A stretch of 64,000 nt of DNA, taken from the NCBI RefSeq assembly GCF_018977255.1, contig NW_024704759.1, positions 186,001-250,000 of the forward strand, given 5' to 3'. The notes under the pieces are model-generated. The model did not search any database and was not told the DNA's origin. It saw only the letters and a list, made by a program, of their open reading frames with translations. Of the stretch, positions 1 through 12,265 are shown one piece after another (the stretch's first letter is position 1; the number at the start of each line of letters is the position of its first letter). This stretch comes from Callorhinchus milii (taxonomy: Eukaryota). Made by a program: the position numbers and the translations under genes.

Positions 1-100
1 AGTAAGGAAACTTGCCCAAGGTTTCGCCCTCTGCCTGGAATTGAACTCAGGTCTCTCACTTGCAAAGCGAGTGCTCTAACCACTGAGCTACAGGACTCCA
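1..100 (-). mobile_element. tRNA(Ala)-derived SINE, 5' head
   Basis: Reverse complement reads TGGAGTCCTGTAGCTCAGTGGTTAGAGCACTCGCTTTGCAAG...GAGTTCAATTCC, i.e. Pol III A/B boxes and a TGC anticodon-like loop. Same family as 409-731. Confidence 0.85.
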
Positions 101-102
101 CA

Positions 103-1742
103 TAGAATAGAATTTTTTCATGAGGTAACGGAGAGGGTGGATAAAGACAGTGCAGTTGATGTAGTTTATATGGACTTTCAAAAGGCATTTGACAAAGTGC
201 AACATGAAAGACTTGTAAGAAAGATAGAAGCCCGTGGTATAAAAGGAACAGTGGCAGCAGATCCAGAACTCACTGGGAGACAGAAAGCAGAGTTATGGTG
301 AACAGCTGCTTTTCTGACTGGAGGGAAGTGAACATTGGTGTCCCCCAGGGATCGGTATTAGGACCACTGCTCTTCTTAATATATATTAATATATATTATT
401 TATATTTGTGGAGTCCTGTAACTCAGTGGTTAGAGCACTCGCTTTGCAAGTGAGAGACCTGAGTTCAATTCCAGTCAGGGCGAAACCTTGGCCAAGTTTC
501 CTTACTCCACACAGAGCCTAATAATAATCCCTCCAAAACCAAAAACAATAATAAATTGGTCATTTTCAATCTACGACTGTTTGTGGGACATTGCTGTGCG
601 CAATTGGCTGCCGCGTTCGCCCACAAATATACAGTCAATTCACTTTACAGCGTGTTCTGTGAAGCGCTTTGGGACGTCCTCCTGACGTGAAAAGCGCTAT
701 ATCAAATGCAAGGATTATTATTATTATTATTAAATAAATGATCTGGACTTGGGTACAGCAAGTACCATTTCCAAGTTTCCAGACGACACAAGGTTAGGTA
801 GGGTAGTAAACAGTGAGAAGCATAGAGCCAACTGCAGGAAGACATAGACAGAATGGTAAAATAGGCAGACACATGGCAGATGAGTTTCAATGTGGAGAAA
901 TGCGAGGTATTCATTTTGGTAGAAAGAATGAGGAGAGGCAATATAGGCTGGTAATACAATCTTAAGGAGGGTGAAGGAACAGAGAGACCTGGGGGTTCAG
1001 GTAAATAAATTCTTGAAGGTAGCAGGACAGATAGATAAGGCTGTAAAAAGGTCATATGGGATACTGGGCTTCATAAATAGGGGCATAGAGTATAAGAGTC
1101 AGGAGGTTATGATTAACTTATATAAAACATTGGTTAGGCCTCAGTTAGAATACTGCGCCCAGTTCTGGGCACCACACTATAGGAAGGATGTTAAGGCATT
1201 GGAAAGGGTGTAGAGGAGATTTACGAAGATGGTACCAGGAATGAGGGACCTTGATGATGAGGAAAGGCTAAGAGAGGTTAGGATTATTCTCATTGGAGCA
1301 GAGAAGGTTAGGAGGAGACCTAATAGAGGTCTTCAAAATCATGAGGGGATTTGATAGGTTAGAAAGGGAAAAATTGTTCCCACTGGTGGGTGTGTCGGTG
1401 ACTCGAGGTCACAGATTCAAAATAGTCTCTAAAAGAATCCGAGGGGAGGTGAGAAGACATGTTTTCACTGAGTTACAGGACTCCACAAATATAAATAATA
1501 TATATTAATATATATTAAGAAATATATATTTGAATCTGGAACGCATTGCCTGAAAGGGCGGTCGAGGCCGACTCGATAACTACTTTTAAAAACGCGGTGG
1601 ACGGGTATTTTAGGACGGGTTTGCAGGTTATGGGGAAAGGGCTGGGAAGTGGCACTGACATTAGTTGCTCTATTCAAAGAGCCGCACAAACTCAATGGGC
1701 CGAATGGCCTCTTTTTGTGCTGTACGATTCTATGATTCTATG
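103..1742 (+). mobile_element. CR1 LINE 3' fragment (decayed RT), interrupted by a SINE
   Basis: RT remnants ([41 protein letters not shown]) and CR1 tail GATTCTATGATTCTATG. Confidence 0.88.
409..731 (+). mobile_element. Full-length tRNA-derived SINE with L2-like 3' tail and (ATT)n end
   Basis: A/B-box head, body shared with other copies in the window, tail TGTGAAGCGCTTTGGGACGTCC...AAATGCAAGG(ATT)n. Confidence 0.9.
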
Positions 1743-2295
1743 AAATTTATTGAAAAAAATGGCAAAATATCAAAGACTATCTTTAAAATATTTGCAATCT
1801 TCAGAAAACGAGAATGTGCCTTAAGAAACACACATGGAGTGGAGAAGTACTATAGAAGAGGAAAAAGACTATTTGAAGTACATCATTTACTAACTATTAG
1901 TGCTAATTAATACACTCTAAGAATCCGCTTCAAAAAGTATTGTTGAGCTACAACTTCTCTAAATGTGTTAATTTATTTTTAAGTAATTACATGACAAAAA
2001 CACTGTAAGTTTCAAACAAATCATATGAAGGATACATTTCCAATGGCTAATGTCCAGATGTTGACTCCGCATCAATTCAAGATTAGCCTTGTGAGGTCAC
2101 AGTTTCAATTAGTGCTTTCTTTAAGATTTTAAAGGAAAACGCTTTAAATTACAATCACAGATGATCAGCAATTCAACACAAACGTTTGGCTCATTATCTG
2201 TACCATTATAAATCCAATATCAAGAGGGATAGGATGGAAACCAATTCACCAAGCATAAATGAGTCTTCCTACTAGTTGCTTCATCGCTTGCACCA

Positions 2296-3541
2296 ACAAC
2301 AACATATTACCATGCTATCTTCCTCCACCGCTTGTCCTCCCACCTCAACCTTCAAGGCCCTGTCCTTGAGTGGTTTAGGTCGTACCTCTCCCACCGTCTT
2401 CACTTTGTTTCCACGAATGGCTTTTCCTCTACCCCCCGCACTGTCTCGTGCGGTGTCCCTCAGGGCTCTGTCCTCGGTCCCCTCCTCTTCACCCTCTATA
2501 TGCTCCCCCTGTGGTGACATCATCCACAGACATGGGGTTAACTTCCACATGTATGCGGATGACACCCAACTCTACCTTTCCTCCTCTACCCTCAACTCCA
2601 CGACCACCGATGTCCTGACAGCTGCCTGTCCGACATCGAGTCCTGGACGAGAGACAACTTTCTTCAGCTCAACGTGCGCAAAACTGAGCTCCTGATTGGC
2701 TCACGTCAGCGCTTCCGTACCTCAGGCGCTGACAGCATCACCATCCAAGGCTGCACTCTCCACCTCTCAAAGCCATCAGGAACCTCGGGGTTCTGTTCGA
2801 CCCTGAGCTGTCCTTTCTCCCTCATATCCGCACCACAAATGGCACCGCCTTCCATCACCTCTGGAATATCACCAGACTACGGCACTACCTCACCCCTCAC
2901 GCGGCTAAAACTCTGGTCCACACCTTTATCATCTCAAGGCTGGACTACGGGAACTCTCTCCTCGCCGGCCTTCCCGGCCCTCCCTCCACAAGCTGCAGAT
3001 CATTCAGAACTCTGCAGCTCGTGTACTGTCCCGCACCAGGCCTCGCGCCTACATCACTCCCACCCTCGCTCACCTCCACTGGCTCCCCATCCCCCAGAGG
3101 ATCGAATTCAAGATCCTCATCCTCACCTACAAGGCCATTCACGGCCTCGCTCCCTCCTACCACTCTGACCTACTATCCCCCTACCTACCTGCCCGTACCC
3201 TCCGTTCCTCTGGCTCCGGTCTGCTCCACATCCCCCGCCCCAACCGCCCTACCATCGGTGACCGGGCCTTCAGCCTCTCAGCCCCGAGGCTCTGGAACTC
3301 TATCCCCCAGTGCCTTCGCCGCTTCCTCCCTTTCCTCCTTCAAGGCCGGTCTCAAGACCTTTCTCTTTGACTGTGCCTTCAGCTCCCCTCTTGACTCTCT
3401 ACCCCCTCCTCGCTCCCTCCCTCCCTTCCCTCCCCTCACCCTGACCATTTCCCCCCTGCTCGGGTCCTGACCCAACTGTACAGCGCCTTGGGACGTCCTC
3501 CCGACGTGAAAGGCGCTCTATAAATGGAATCTTGTTGTTGT
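2296..3541 (+). mobile_element. L2 LINE 3' fragment
   Basis: [13 protein letters not shown] and [13 protein letters not shown] motifs in broken frames; L2 3' end ...GGCGCTCTATAAATGGAATC(TTG)n. Confidence 0.9.
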
Positions 3542-3545
3542 ATTA

Positions 3546-4670
3546 CATTTGTTTAGCTCCTTTCACATCTGGAGCATGTCCCAAAGCACTGGACAGACAG
3601 GGATTTTGACCCAAGCAGGAGCTTGGGATCAGGAGGGCTGGAAGGCAGAGAGGGTGCGGGTAGGAGAGTGGCCAAAGGCACAGTCAAAGAGGAGGGTCTT
3701 GAGATGTGCCGTGAAGAAGGGAGGGGGCAAGACAAAGTAACTTTTGGATGGAGTTCCAAAGGGTGGGGGCAGAGTGTCTGAAGGCCCAAACCGATGGTGA
3801 GGGGGCGTGGGTGGGATCGTGGAGCCTGCTGAGTGGAGGGAGCAGACAGGACGATCTGGGAGGTCACAGAGGTAGGGAGGAAAAAGGCTGTGAAGGTCTT
3901 TGAAGGCGAGGATGAGGATTTTGAGCTGTATCCTCTGGAGAATGGGAGCCAGGCGAGGATGGCGATTATAGGGTCACGGAGCCTAGTGTGGGAGAGGACA
4001 CAACCTGTAGAGTTCTGGATGATGTGCAAATTGTGGAGGGCAGAGTTGTGAAGGCCAATAAGCAGGAGTTAGTTTAATCTAGCCTTGATGTAATGAACAC
4101 ATAGATGATGATCTTGGCAGACTGAAGGGAGAGGCAGTGGTGGAACCGGGAGATGCTGCCGAGGTGGAGGAATGCAGTGCGGGTCATGGCCGGGATGTGG
4201 GACATAAAGGTTAGTTGGGGATCAAACAAGATGCCAAGGTTCCAGATTGGCTCAGTGAGGTGTAGAGTGCATCCATGGATGGTGATGCTCCAACACCTTA
4301 GGTGTGGAGGTGCTGATGGAGCCAATCAGGAGAGCCTCTGTCTTGTTGAGAAAGTTATTTTTCATCCAGAACTTGATATTTGACAGACACTCTATCAGGA
4401 CAGCAGTGGTCCTGGAGTCAAGTGTGCAGGCAGAGAGATAGAGTACATGTGGTACATATCATCTGCATATATGTGGAAGTTGATCCTATGTCTGCGGATG
4501 ATGCAAGCAAGAGGGAGCAGATATTGAAGAGGAGGGGACCATGGACCGAGCTCTGAGGAACTAACACAAGATGGATGCGGAGGCAGGAGACAAAGTGGAG
4601 ATGGTGCGAAAGATGAGATTTGAACCAATCAAGGTCAGGTTGAGCTGAAAGATAGAGTTGGATGTCATCC
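3546..4670 (-). mobile_element. Degraded L2 LINE fragment
   Basis: Minus-strand FHIYADD, WNLGILFDPQL and FITSRLD remnants. Confidence 0.8.
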
Positions 4671-4693
4671 ACACACCAGAAATTGGAAATATG

Positions 4694-5713
4694 TTACACA
4701 GGCGAGGCTTTTGGTGATTCCTTAGCTTGCCTGCAGCCATATAGCCATTTAATAACTCTTGCATTGCGCTCAATGATAGAGACCACATATACCGCACGTT
4801 CACCCAGTGTCTCCTCTGCCGCACAACTATAATTTGAGCGGGCATATCCCGAGCTGGGGCTGCTGACACTGGCCAACTTGGTGGACACGATATCGGAAGT
4901 GGCCCGTGCAAATCTCTCCATTCCAACATTTTCAATCTCTTCTGGACCAAGACCACAGTAGTTGAAGAAGCGTTCCAAGTCCGCATTTGCTCTGGTAAAC
5001 TTGTCACTGAGGTCGGATTTAGATCTATGAAGCGAAGCCTGGCGCCGGGCACTCCCACCAACTGGTTCCTTGGCTCTTGGGGTTGGAGACCTGGAGCCAA
5101 GGGAAGGCGATGTGCACTTATCTGGAGAAGCAGGAGACGGGATACTGGCGAAAGGCCTTCTGGCACCTCGCACATTGGGTCTGACATCCACTCGCCTGAC
5201 AGCCGCTTTCAGTGTCGGGCTCTGCAGACTGGATGCTGAGATTCCAATCGCTTGCTCACAGTCAGTTTGAAAGAACAGTTTCTTTTTCACCTGGGCGGCG
5301 TTATTGACCCTGGAATCCAATGATCCGAGTGGGACCGGGCTATCACTGATATTAATCAAATTGTTCAGGATCTCAAGGTTTAAAATGCCTTTTCTTGCAG
5401 AAATCCCTCTCCTGTTTCTGCTGCTGCTGTTGCTGGGGCTGTTCAACAGTCTGAGAGTTGGTGACCAGAGAGAGTTGTTGCCGAGAACCGGCTTCACAGG
5501 CTCCTGTCTGGTACTCGCCACCTGCCGGCTCTTCACGTACTTGGCCTTGTCGGCTTCCAGTCGCTCTACAGCGCTGGGTTTGTGGCCAGGGCTGTGCTGC
5601 TGCCGACGGAAGTAGCTGGGACCCTTATTCAGGAGCCGCAGAGGCATCGCGGACGGAGCCGCACCAGAAGCGGCTTTAAACATCTGGTAACTCGGCGCCC
5701 TGTCTGTGGGCAT
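4694..5713 (-). CDS. FAM110A: FAM110A, single coding exon, 339 aa from MPTDRAP...
   Basis: Family motifs PLRLLNKGPSYFRRQ, KPSAVERLEADKAKYVKS, AVRRVDVRP, LHRSKSDLS, ADLERFFNYCGL, IERNARVIKWLY. Start assigned by similarity to FAM110 N-termini; the ORF upstream of 5713 is minisatellite/SINE. Neighbours match human 20p13. Confidence 0.9.
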   Translation of the reverse strand: MPTDRAPSYQMFKAASGAAPSAMPLRLLNKGPSYFRRQQHSPGHKPSAVERLEADKAKYVKSRQVASTRQEPVKPVLGNNSLWSPTLRLLNSPSNSSSRNRRGISARKGILNLEILNNLINISDSPVPLGSLDSRVNNAAQVKKKLFFQTDCEQAIGISASSLQSPTLKAAVRRVDVRPNVRGARRPFASIPSPASPDKCTSPSLGSRSPTPRAKEPVGGSARRQASLHRSKSDLSDKFTRANADLERFFNYCGLGPEEIENVGMERFARATSDIVSTKLASVSSPSSGYARSNYSCAAEETLGERAVYVVSIIERNARVIKWLYGCRQAKESPKASPV

Positions 5714-5715
5714 GT

Positions 5716-6368
5716 CCCCAACCCAGCTCACTGCTCCCCCAACCCTGCTCACTGCTCCCCCAACCCTGCTCACTGCCCCCCCAACCCTGCTCACTGCCCC
5801 CCCAACCCTGCTCACTGCCCCCCCAACCCTGCTCACTGCACCCCCAACCCTGCTCACTGCCCCCTGTATCTCAGTGGTTAGAGCACTCGCTTTGCAAGCG
5901 AGAGACCTGAGTTCAATTCCAGGCAGAGGGCAAAACCTTGGGCAAGTTTCCTTACTCCACACAGAGCCCTAATAATAATCCCTCCAAAAGACCAAAAACA
6001 ATAATAAATTGGTCATTTTCAATCCACGACTGTTTGTGGGACATTGCTGTGTGCAATTGGCTGCCGCGTTCGCCCACAAATAGACAGTCAATTCACTTTA
6101 CAGTGTGTTCTGTGAAGCGCTTTGGGACGTCCTCGCGACGTGAAAAGCACTATATCAAATGCAAGGATTATTATTATTAAACCCTGCTCACTGCCCCCCC
6201 AACCGTGCTCACTGCCCCCCAACCCTGCTCACTGCCCCCCCCAACTGTGCTCACTGCCCCCCCAACCCTGCTCACTGCCCCCCCAACCCTGCTCACCGCG
6301 CCCCCAACCCTGCTCACTGCCCCCCCAACCCTGCTCACTGCCCCCCCAACCCTGCTCACTGCCCCCCA
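5716..6368. repeat. 21-bp minisatellite (CCCCCCAACCCTGCTCACTGC)n split by a SINE
   Basis: About 7 units at 5716-5864 and about 9 units at 6179-6368. Confidence 0.92.
5864..6178 (+). mobile_element. tRNA-derived SINE inserted in the minisatellite
   Basis: Near-identical to 409-731, slightly 5'-trimmed, (ATT)n tail. Confidence 0.9.
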
Positions 6369-6430
6369 GCCCAGAGCCCAGCTCAGCTGTTGACCCAGGG
6401 TTTGAACCGCTGATTTCTTCCTCTTTCTTC

Positions 6431-8195
6431 CTGGAGCTGAGGATGAGGCTGGAGCTGAGGCTGGAGCTGGAGCTGAGGCTGAGGCTGGAGCTGAGGCTGG
6501 AGCTGGAGCTGGAGCTGAGGCTGGAGCTGGAGCTGAGGCTGGAGCTGGAGCTGAGGCTGAGGCTGGAGCTGAGGCTGGAGCTGAGGCTGGGGCTGAGGCT
6601 GGAGCTGAGGCTGGAGCTGAGGCTGGAGCTGGAGCTGGAGCTGAGGCTGGAGCTGAGGCTGAGGCTGGAGCTGAGGCTGAGGCTGAGGCTGGAGCTGGAG
6701 CTGAGGCTGAGGCTGGAGCTGAGGCTGAGGCTGGAGCTGGAGATGGAGCTGAGGCTGGAGCTGAGGCTGGAGCTGGGCTGGAGCTGAGGCTGAGGCTGGA
6801 GCTGAGGCTGAGGCTGGAGCTGAGGCTGGAGCTGAGGCTGGAGCTGGAGCTGAGGCTGAGGCTGGAGCTGAGGCTGAGGCTGAGGCTGGAGCTGAGGCTG
6901 GAGCTGAGGCTGGAGCTGAGGCTGAGGCTGGAGCTGAGGCTGGAGCTGAGGCTGAGGCTGGAGCTGAGGCTGGAGCTGAGGCTGAGGCTGGAGCTGGAGC
7001 TGAGGCTGGAGCTGAGGCTGAGGCTGGAGCTGAGGCTGGAGCTGAGGCTGAGGCTGGAGCTGAGGCTGAGGCTGGAGCTGGAGCTGAGGCTGAGGCTGGA
7101 GCTGAGGCTGAGGCTGAGGCTGGAGCTGAGGCTGAGGCTGGAGCCGAGGCTGAGGCTGAGGCTGGAGCCGAGGCTGAGGCTGGAGCTGGAGCTGAGGCTG
7201 GAGCCGAGGCTGAGGCTGAGGCTGGAGCTGAGGCTGGAGCCGAGGCTGAGGCTGAGGCTGGAGCCGAGGCTGGAGCTGAGGCTGAGGCTGGAGCTGGAGC
7301 TGAGGCTGAGGCTGAGGCTGGAGCTGAGGCTGGAGCTGAGGCTGAGGCTGGAGCTGAGGCTGAGGCTGAGGCTGAGGCTGGAGCTGAGGCTGAGGCTGGA
7401 GCTGAGGCTGGAGCTGAGGCTGAGGCTGGAGCTGAGGCTGAGGCTGAGGCTGGAGCTGAGGCTGAGGCTGAGGCTGGAGCTGAGGCTGAGGCTGAGGCTG
7501 AGGCTGGAGCTGGAGCTGAGGCTGGAGCTGAGGCTGAGGCTGGAGCTGAGGCTGGAGCTGGAGCTGAGGCTGAGGCTGGAGCTGAGGCTGAGGCTGGAGC
7601 TGAGGCTGAGGCTGGAGCCGAGGCTGAGGCTGAGGCTGGAGCCGAGGCTGAGGCTGGAGCCGAGGCTGAGGCTGAGGCTGGAGCCGAGGCTGAGGCTGGA
7701 GCTGGAGCTGAGGCTGGAGCCGAGGCTGAGGCTGAGGCTGGAGCTGAGGCTGGAGCCGAGGCTGAGGCTGAGGCTGGAGCCGAGGCTGAGGCTGAGGCTG
7801 GAGCTGAGGCTGAGGCTGGAGCCGAGGCTGAGGCTGGAGCTGGAGCTGAGGCTGGAGCCGAGGCTGAGGCTGAGGCTGGAGCCGAGGCTGAGGCTGAGGC
7901 TGGAGCTGAGGCTGAGGCTGGAGCTGGAGCTGAGGCTGGAGCTGAGGCTGGAGCTGGAGCTGAGGCTGGAGCTGGAGCTGAGGCTGGAGCTGGAGCTGAG
8001 GCTGGAGCTGAGGCTGAGGCTGAGGCTGGAGCTGAGGCTGAGGCTGGAGCCGAGGCTGAGGCTGAGGCTGGAGCTGAGGCTGAGGCTGGAGCCGAGGCTG
8101 AGGCTGAGGCTGGAGCTGAGGCTGGAGCCGAGGCTGAGGCTGGAGCTGAGGCTGAGGCTGAGGCTGGAGCTGAGGCTGAGGCTGAGGCTGGAGCC
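6431..8195. repeat. About 1.76-kb hexamer array of GAGCTG/AGGCTG/GAGCCG units
   Basis: Directly visible; it produces the long low-complexity ORFs (QP, SL, LELR). Confidence 0.95.
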
Positions 8196-8199
8196 GGTG

Positions 8200-8345
8200 T
8201 CGGTGTCTGACAAAATCAAACAAAGGTCGGAGCCGCTCCTCGGGCGCCAACGGATTCTCCAGCAATAGCCAATCGGAACGCTTGAGGAGCGGCTCCAGAG
8301 GTGGACTCTGATCCGCTCCCATTCAAATTGGCCAAATTTAAATGA
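8200..8345 (-). promoter_or_regulatory. Putative FAM110A promoter
   Basis: CpG-rich patch with CCAAT boxes (8269 plus strand, about 8328 minus strand) and TTTAAAT, directly upstream of the arrays leading to the FAM110A ATG. Confidence 0.45.
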
Positions 8346-8789
8346 TCACAGGGTCAGCACCAGAACATCTCACCTCCTGAATACACAACCTCTTGAAGAA
8401 AATTGTAAAATAAAAGCTAACCTTATGTGCTAAATTAGAAATATTAAAGCAACACTTTCCATTGAATTAAGATCCACCGAGGAAAAGCAAATCAATTATT
8501 TCTGAACCCCAAATCCTTGCATTGCATCTAATTGGCCAACAACATTCACAAATTATATAGAAATACCTATACCTCATTGAGATTTAATATATCTGCCATG
8601 TATGGGCAAGCATAAAACGTTATTTTTTTACACATTACACATCAATTGCCAATTCACCCACATCCCCATATTTTCAAACTTTGTCTATAATACACAATAA
8701 CGACACCTCGCAGAAACATTGCAAAACACGTTGAAACATTTTCAATGCAACAGGGGCTACATAAATACAATTTATTGTTCTTGATATAA

Positions 8790-9990
8790 ACAACAAATAA
8801 CAAATTATATTTGTATAGCACATCACACATCAGGAGGACGTCCCAAGATGCTGGACAGTCAGGGATTTGGACCCTATGAAGGGGATGGGATCAGAAGGGG
8901 TGCAGAGCAGTGAGGGTAGGGGTAGAAGGGTGGCTGAAGTGGTGGTCAAAGAGGATCTTGAGGTATGCCTTGAAGGAGGCAAGGGAGGGAGCAAGGTGAA
9001 GGGACTGTGGGATGGAGTTTCAAAGGGTGGGGCAGACAGGGTAAAGGCCCAACCACCGGGACGTGACGGGTCATGGAGCAGGCCGAAGCCTGCTGCACGG
9101 AAGGAACAAATAGGTTAATATGGCATTAGCAGGTCACAGAGGTAGGAAGTGGCAAGGCCATGGTGGGTCTTGAAGGCAAGGATGAAGATCTTGAACTCTA
9201 TCCTCTATGATCGCCTACAAATATACGGTCAAATCACTTTACAATCTATTCTGTGAAGCGCTTTCAGACGTCGAGAAGACATGAAAAGCGCTATATCAAA
9301 TGCAAGGATTATTATTATTATTATTTGATTGGGAGCCAGTGGAGCTGAGATAGGGTGGATGTGATAAGGTCACGGAGCCTGGTGTGAGAGAGGACATGAG
9401 CTGCAGAGTTCTGGATGATTTGCAGCTTGTGGAGGGAAGTGTTGGAAAGGTCAACAAGCAGGGAGTTGGCGTAGTTGAGCCTAGATATGATGAATGTGTG
9501 GATGAGGATTTTTGGCAGCCTGAGGGGTGAGGCAGTGACGGAGCCAGATGATGTTACAGAGGTGGGGGAAGGCAGAGCAGGTCATGGCACAGATGGGTAG
9601 AAAGGACAGTTGAAGGTCAATCAAGTTGCCAAGATTTTGGACTAGCTTGGTGAGGTGGAGTGTGCATCCCTGGAGGTGTGGAGGCGCTGATGGGAGGCAA
9701 TTAGGAGAGCCTCAGTCTTGTTGATGTTCAACTGTAAAAAGTTAGCTCTCATCCAGGATTCAATGTCTGACAGACATTCTGTCAGGACAGCCGTGGTGCT
9801 GGAGTTGAGGGTGGAGGCAGAGAGATACACTTGGGTGTCATCTGCATATTTGGGAAGTTGACCCTATTTCTGCTACTGATATCACCAAGAGGGAGCAAGT
9901 AGATATTGAAGAGGAGCGGACCAAAGACCTGAGAAATGCCGCACAAAATAGTGCGAGACCTAGAGGAGAAGCCGTTTGTGGAGATGAAGT
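8790..9990 (-). mobile_element. Degraded L2 fragment with a nested SINE tail (about 9210-9325, +)
   Basis: Minus-strand ADDTQVYLS and NFLQLNINKTE; L2 3' end near 8790-8850. Confidence 0.8.
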
Positions 9991-10059
9991 GAAGACAGTA
10001 AAAGCATTTGTATCTGAAACCCTAGAACTAGTATGACTCTCTCATAATTTTATGGGTCT

Positions 10060-10450
10060 GACACATATGGAAACCCATTACCAGGGCTGGAAATTTCCTG
10101 AGTTCTCCCAGGAATGGTTCCTAAACACCCCCATGAATGGCTCCCAATGCTTACTGGTAAAACATCCATGTGCTTATGCTTTTTGTGTCCCCACATGAAT
10201 CAGCATTCCATTTTACCTGAAAATCTCTAGCCCTTTCAGGGAGCCAGTGCACCGCTGCCCATCACCATGCTTAAGAGTAGCCAAACCATACTAGTGAGGT
10301 CCATATATGTAGCCACCTACACATAAAAACTTCCCTGTGTCTGGAGGACTGGAAAGCCCTAACCTATTAAGGCTTTGGTTTATAGGGTTAACAGGAGCTC
10401 AGTGGGAAGAATCCCTGCTTCCAGTGGCTGAATCCCTGCTACCATTCTAA
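10060..10450 (+). repeat. Unclassified old interspersed repeat
   Basis: Motif CCCATCACCATGCTTAAGAG...TTCCCTGTGTCTGGA recurs at about 31815-31910, and inverted at about 54555-54655 and about 62680-62770. Confidence 0.55.
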
Positions 10451-10862
10451 GTTCCGCCATTGCGCCACTGCTGTCATCGACAGTGCCCTGGAGTGCTGTG
10501 GACCTGCCTGGCTCAGACTATGAAGACTGCCATAGAACACTTGCTAAGCACCTCACTTTGGAGCCAATCCAGCTCCAAGGATACCATGCTGACCTCCCCT
10601 CAAAGAGGAAACTCAGTAGTTGGTAATTTGACATCTGACATGCACAGGTATGAGCCCTCGCTTGGTGTATAGCAGCTTCCAGGAACTCTCTGTTAAAGCA
10701 ATAATTTAAGCAAATTACAAAGGTGCATATATATATACACAAAAGCAGAATTATTAGGATACAAAATACTCTACAAAAATGATAGTTAAACAGAATCTAC
10801 GATAACATTTTAAAGGGAATCGGAGCAAATATTTTAAAATGAAATATATAATAGGATATGGG

Positions 10863-12265
10863 ACAACAACAACATTACATTTACACAATGCCTTTCACTT
10901 CGGGAGGACGTCCGAAGGCATGGACGGTCAGTGTTGCGGACCCAAGCTGGGGTTCGGGATTGTGGAGGGTGGAGGGCAGTAGGGAAGGAGGGTGATCAAA
11001 AGCATGGTCGAAGAGGAGGGTCTTGAGATGGGTCTTGAAGGAGGCAAGCGAGGGGGCGGGATGGAGTTCTAGAGGGTGGGGGCAGAGTGGCAGAACGCCT
11101 GCTCGCCAATAGTGGGGCAGGCGAGGCGGGTGACGTGAAGCAGGTCGGAGCCTAGTGAGTGGAGGGAGCAGGCAGGATGGAATGGGGTTAGGAAGTCACA
11201 GAAGTAGGGGGGAGCGAGGCCATTGAGGGCTTTGAAGGTGAGGACTAGGATCTTGCACTGTATCCTCTGTGTATTGGGAAGCCAGTGAAGTCAGGTAAGG
11301 ATGGGGTTGATAGGGTCAGAGAGCCTGGTGTAGGAGAGGACATGGGCTGCAGTGTTCTGGCTGATCTGCAGCTCATGGGGGGAAGAGTTGGGAAGGCCAA
11401 CAAGTAGGAAGTTGGCATAGATGTGATGAATGCGTGGATAAGGGTTTTCAGCGGCCTGAGGGGTGAGGCAGTTTTGGAACTGGGCAATGTTGCAGAGTTG
11501 TGGGTAGGCATGGATGTGGGGTAGAAAGGATAGTTGAGGGTCAAACAAAACGCCAAGGTTCCAGACTGGCTTAATAAGGTGGAGTGTGCATCCATGGATG
11601 GTGATGCTGTCAGCGCGCCTGAGGTGTAGAGGCGCTGATGGGAGGCAATCAGGTGGACCTTGGTCTTGTTGACATTCACCTGAAGAAAGTTACCTCTCAT
11701 CCAGGACTTGATGTCTGACAGACATTCTGTCATGACAGCCGTGGTTCTGGAGTCAAGGGTGGAGGTAGAGTAGTACAGTTGGGTGTGTTCTGCAAACATG
11801 TGGAAATTGACCCCATGTCTGCGGATGATGTAACGAAGAGGGAGCATATAGATATTGAAGAGGAGGGGACCGAGGACAGAGCCCTGAGGAACATTGCACA
11901 AGATAGCACGGGGGCTAGAGGGGAAACCATTTGTGGAGATGAAATGGAGGTGTTGTGACAGATAGAATCTGAACCATTCAAGGACAGAACCATGAAGGTT
12001 GAGGTGGGAGGAGAGGCGATGGATGAGTTTAGAGTGGTCAACAGTGTCGAAGGCAGCAGAGTGGTCAAGAAGGATGAGAAGGCAGTTCGACAAAATGTCA
12101 TTTGTCACTTTGACCAGGGTTTCTGTTTCTGTGCTGTGGGCGGCAAGGAAACCTGATTAGAGGGGTTCATGAGGGGAGCGGCGGGAGAGGAAGAAGCGAA
12201 GCAACGACTCCAGTATGTTGGAGAGGAAAGGGGGTTTGGAGGTGGGGTGTAGTTTGAGAACAGGA
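10863..12265 (-). mobile_element. L2 LINE fragment
   Basis: 287-aa RT remnant ([28 protein letters not shown]) and an L2 tail. Confidence 0.9.

Noticed and set aside
409-480. tRNA-Ala gene
   Set aside because: No proper acceptor stem; it continues into a SINE body found in many diverged copies.
5714-5962. N-terminal extension of the FAM110A ORF
   Set aside because: Derived from antisense SINE and the 21-bp minisatellite, with a non-ATG start.
5716-6368. CRISPR-like array
   Set aside because: Head-to-tail repeats without unique spacers, in a eukaryotic context.
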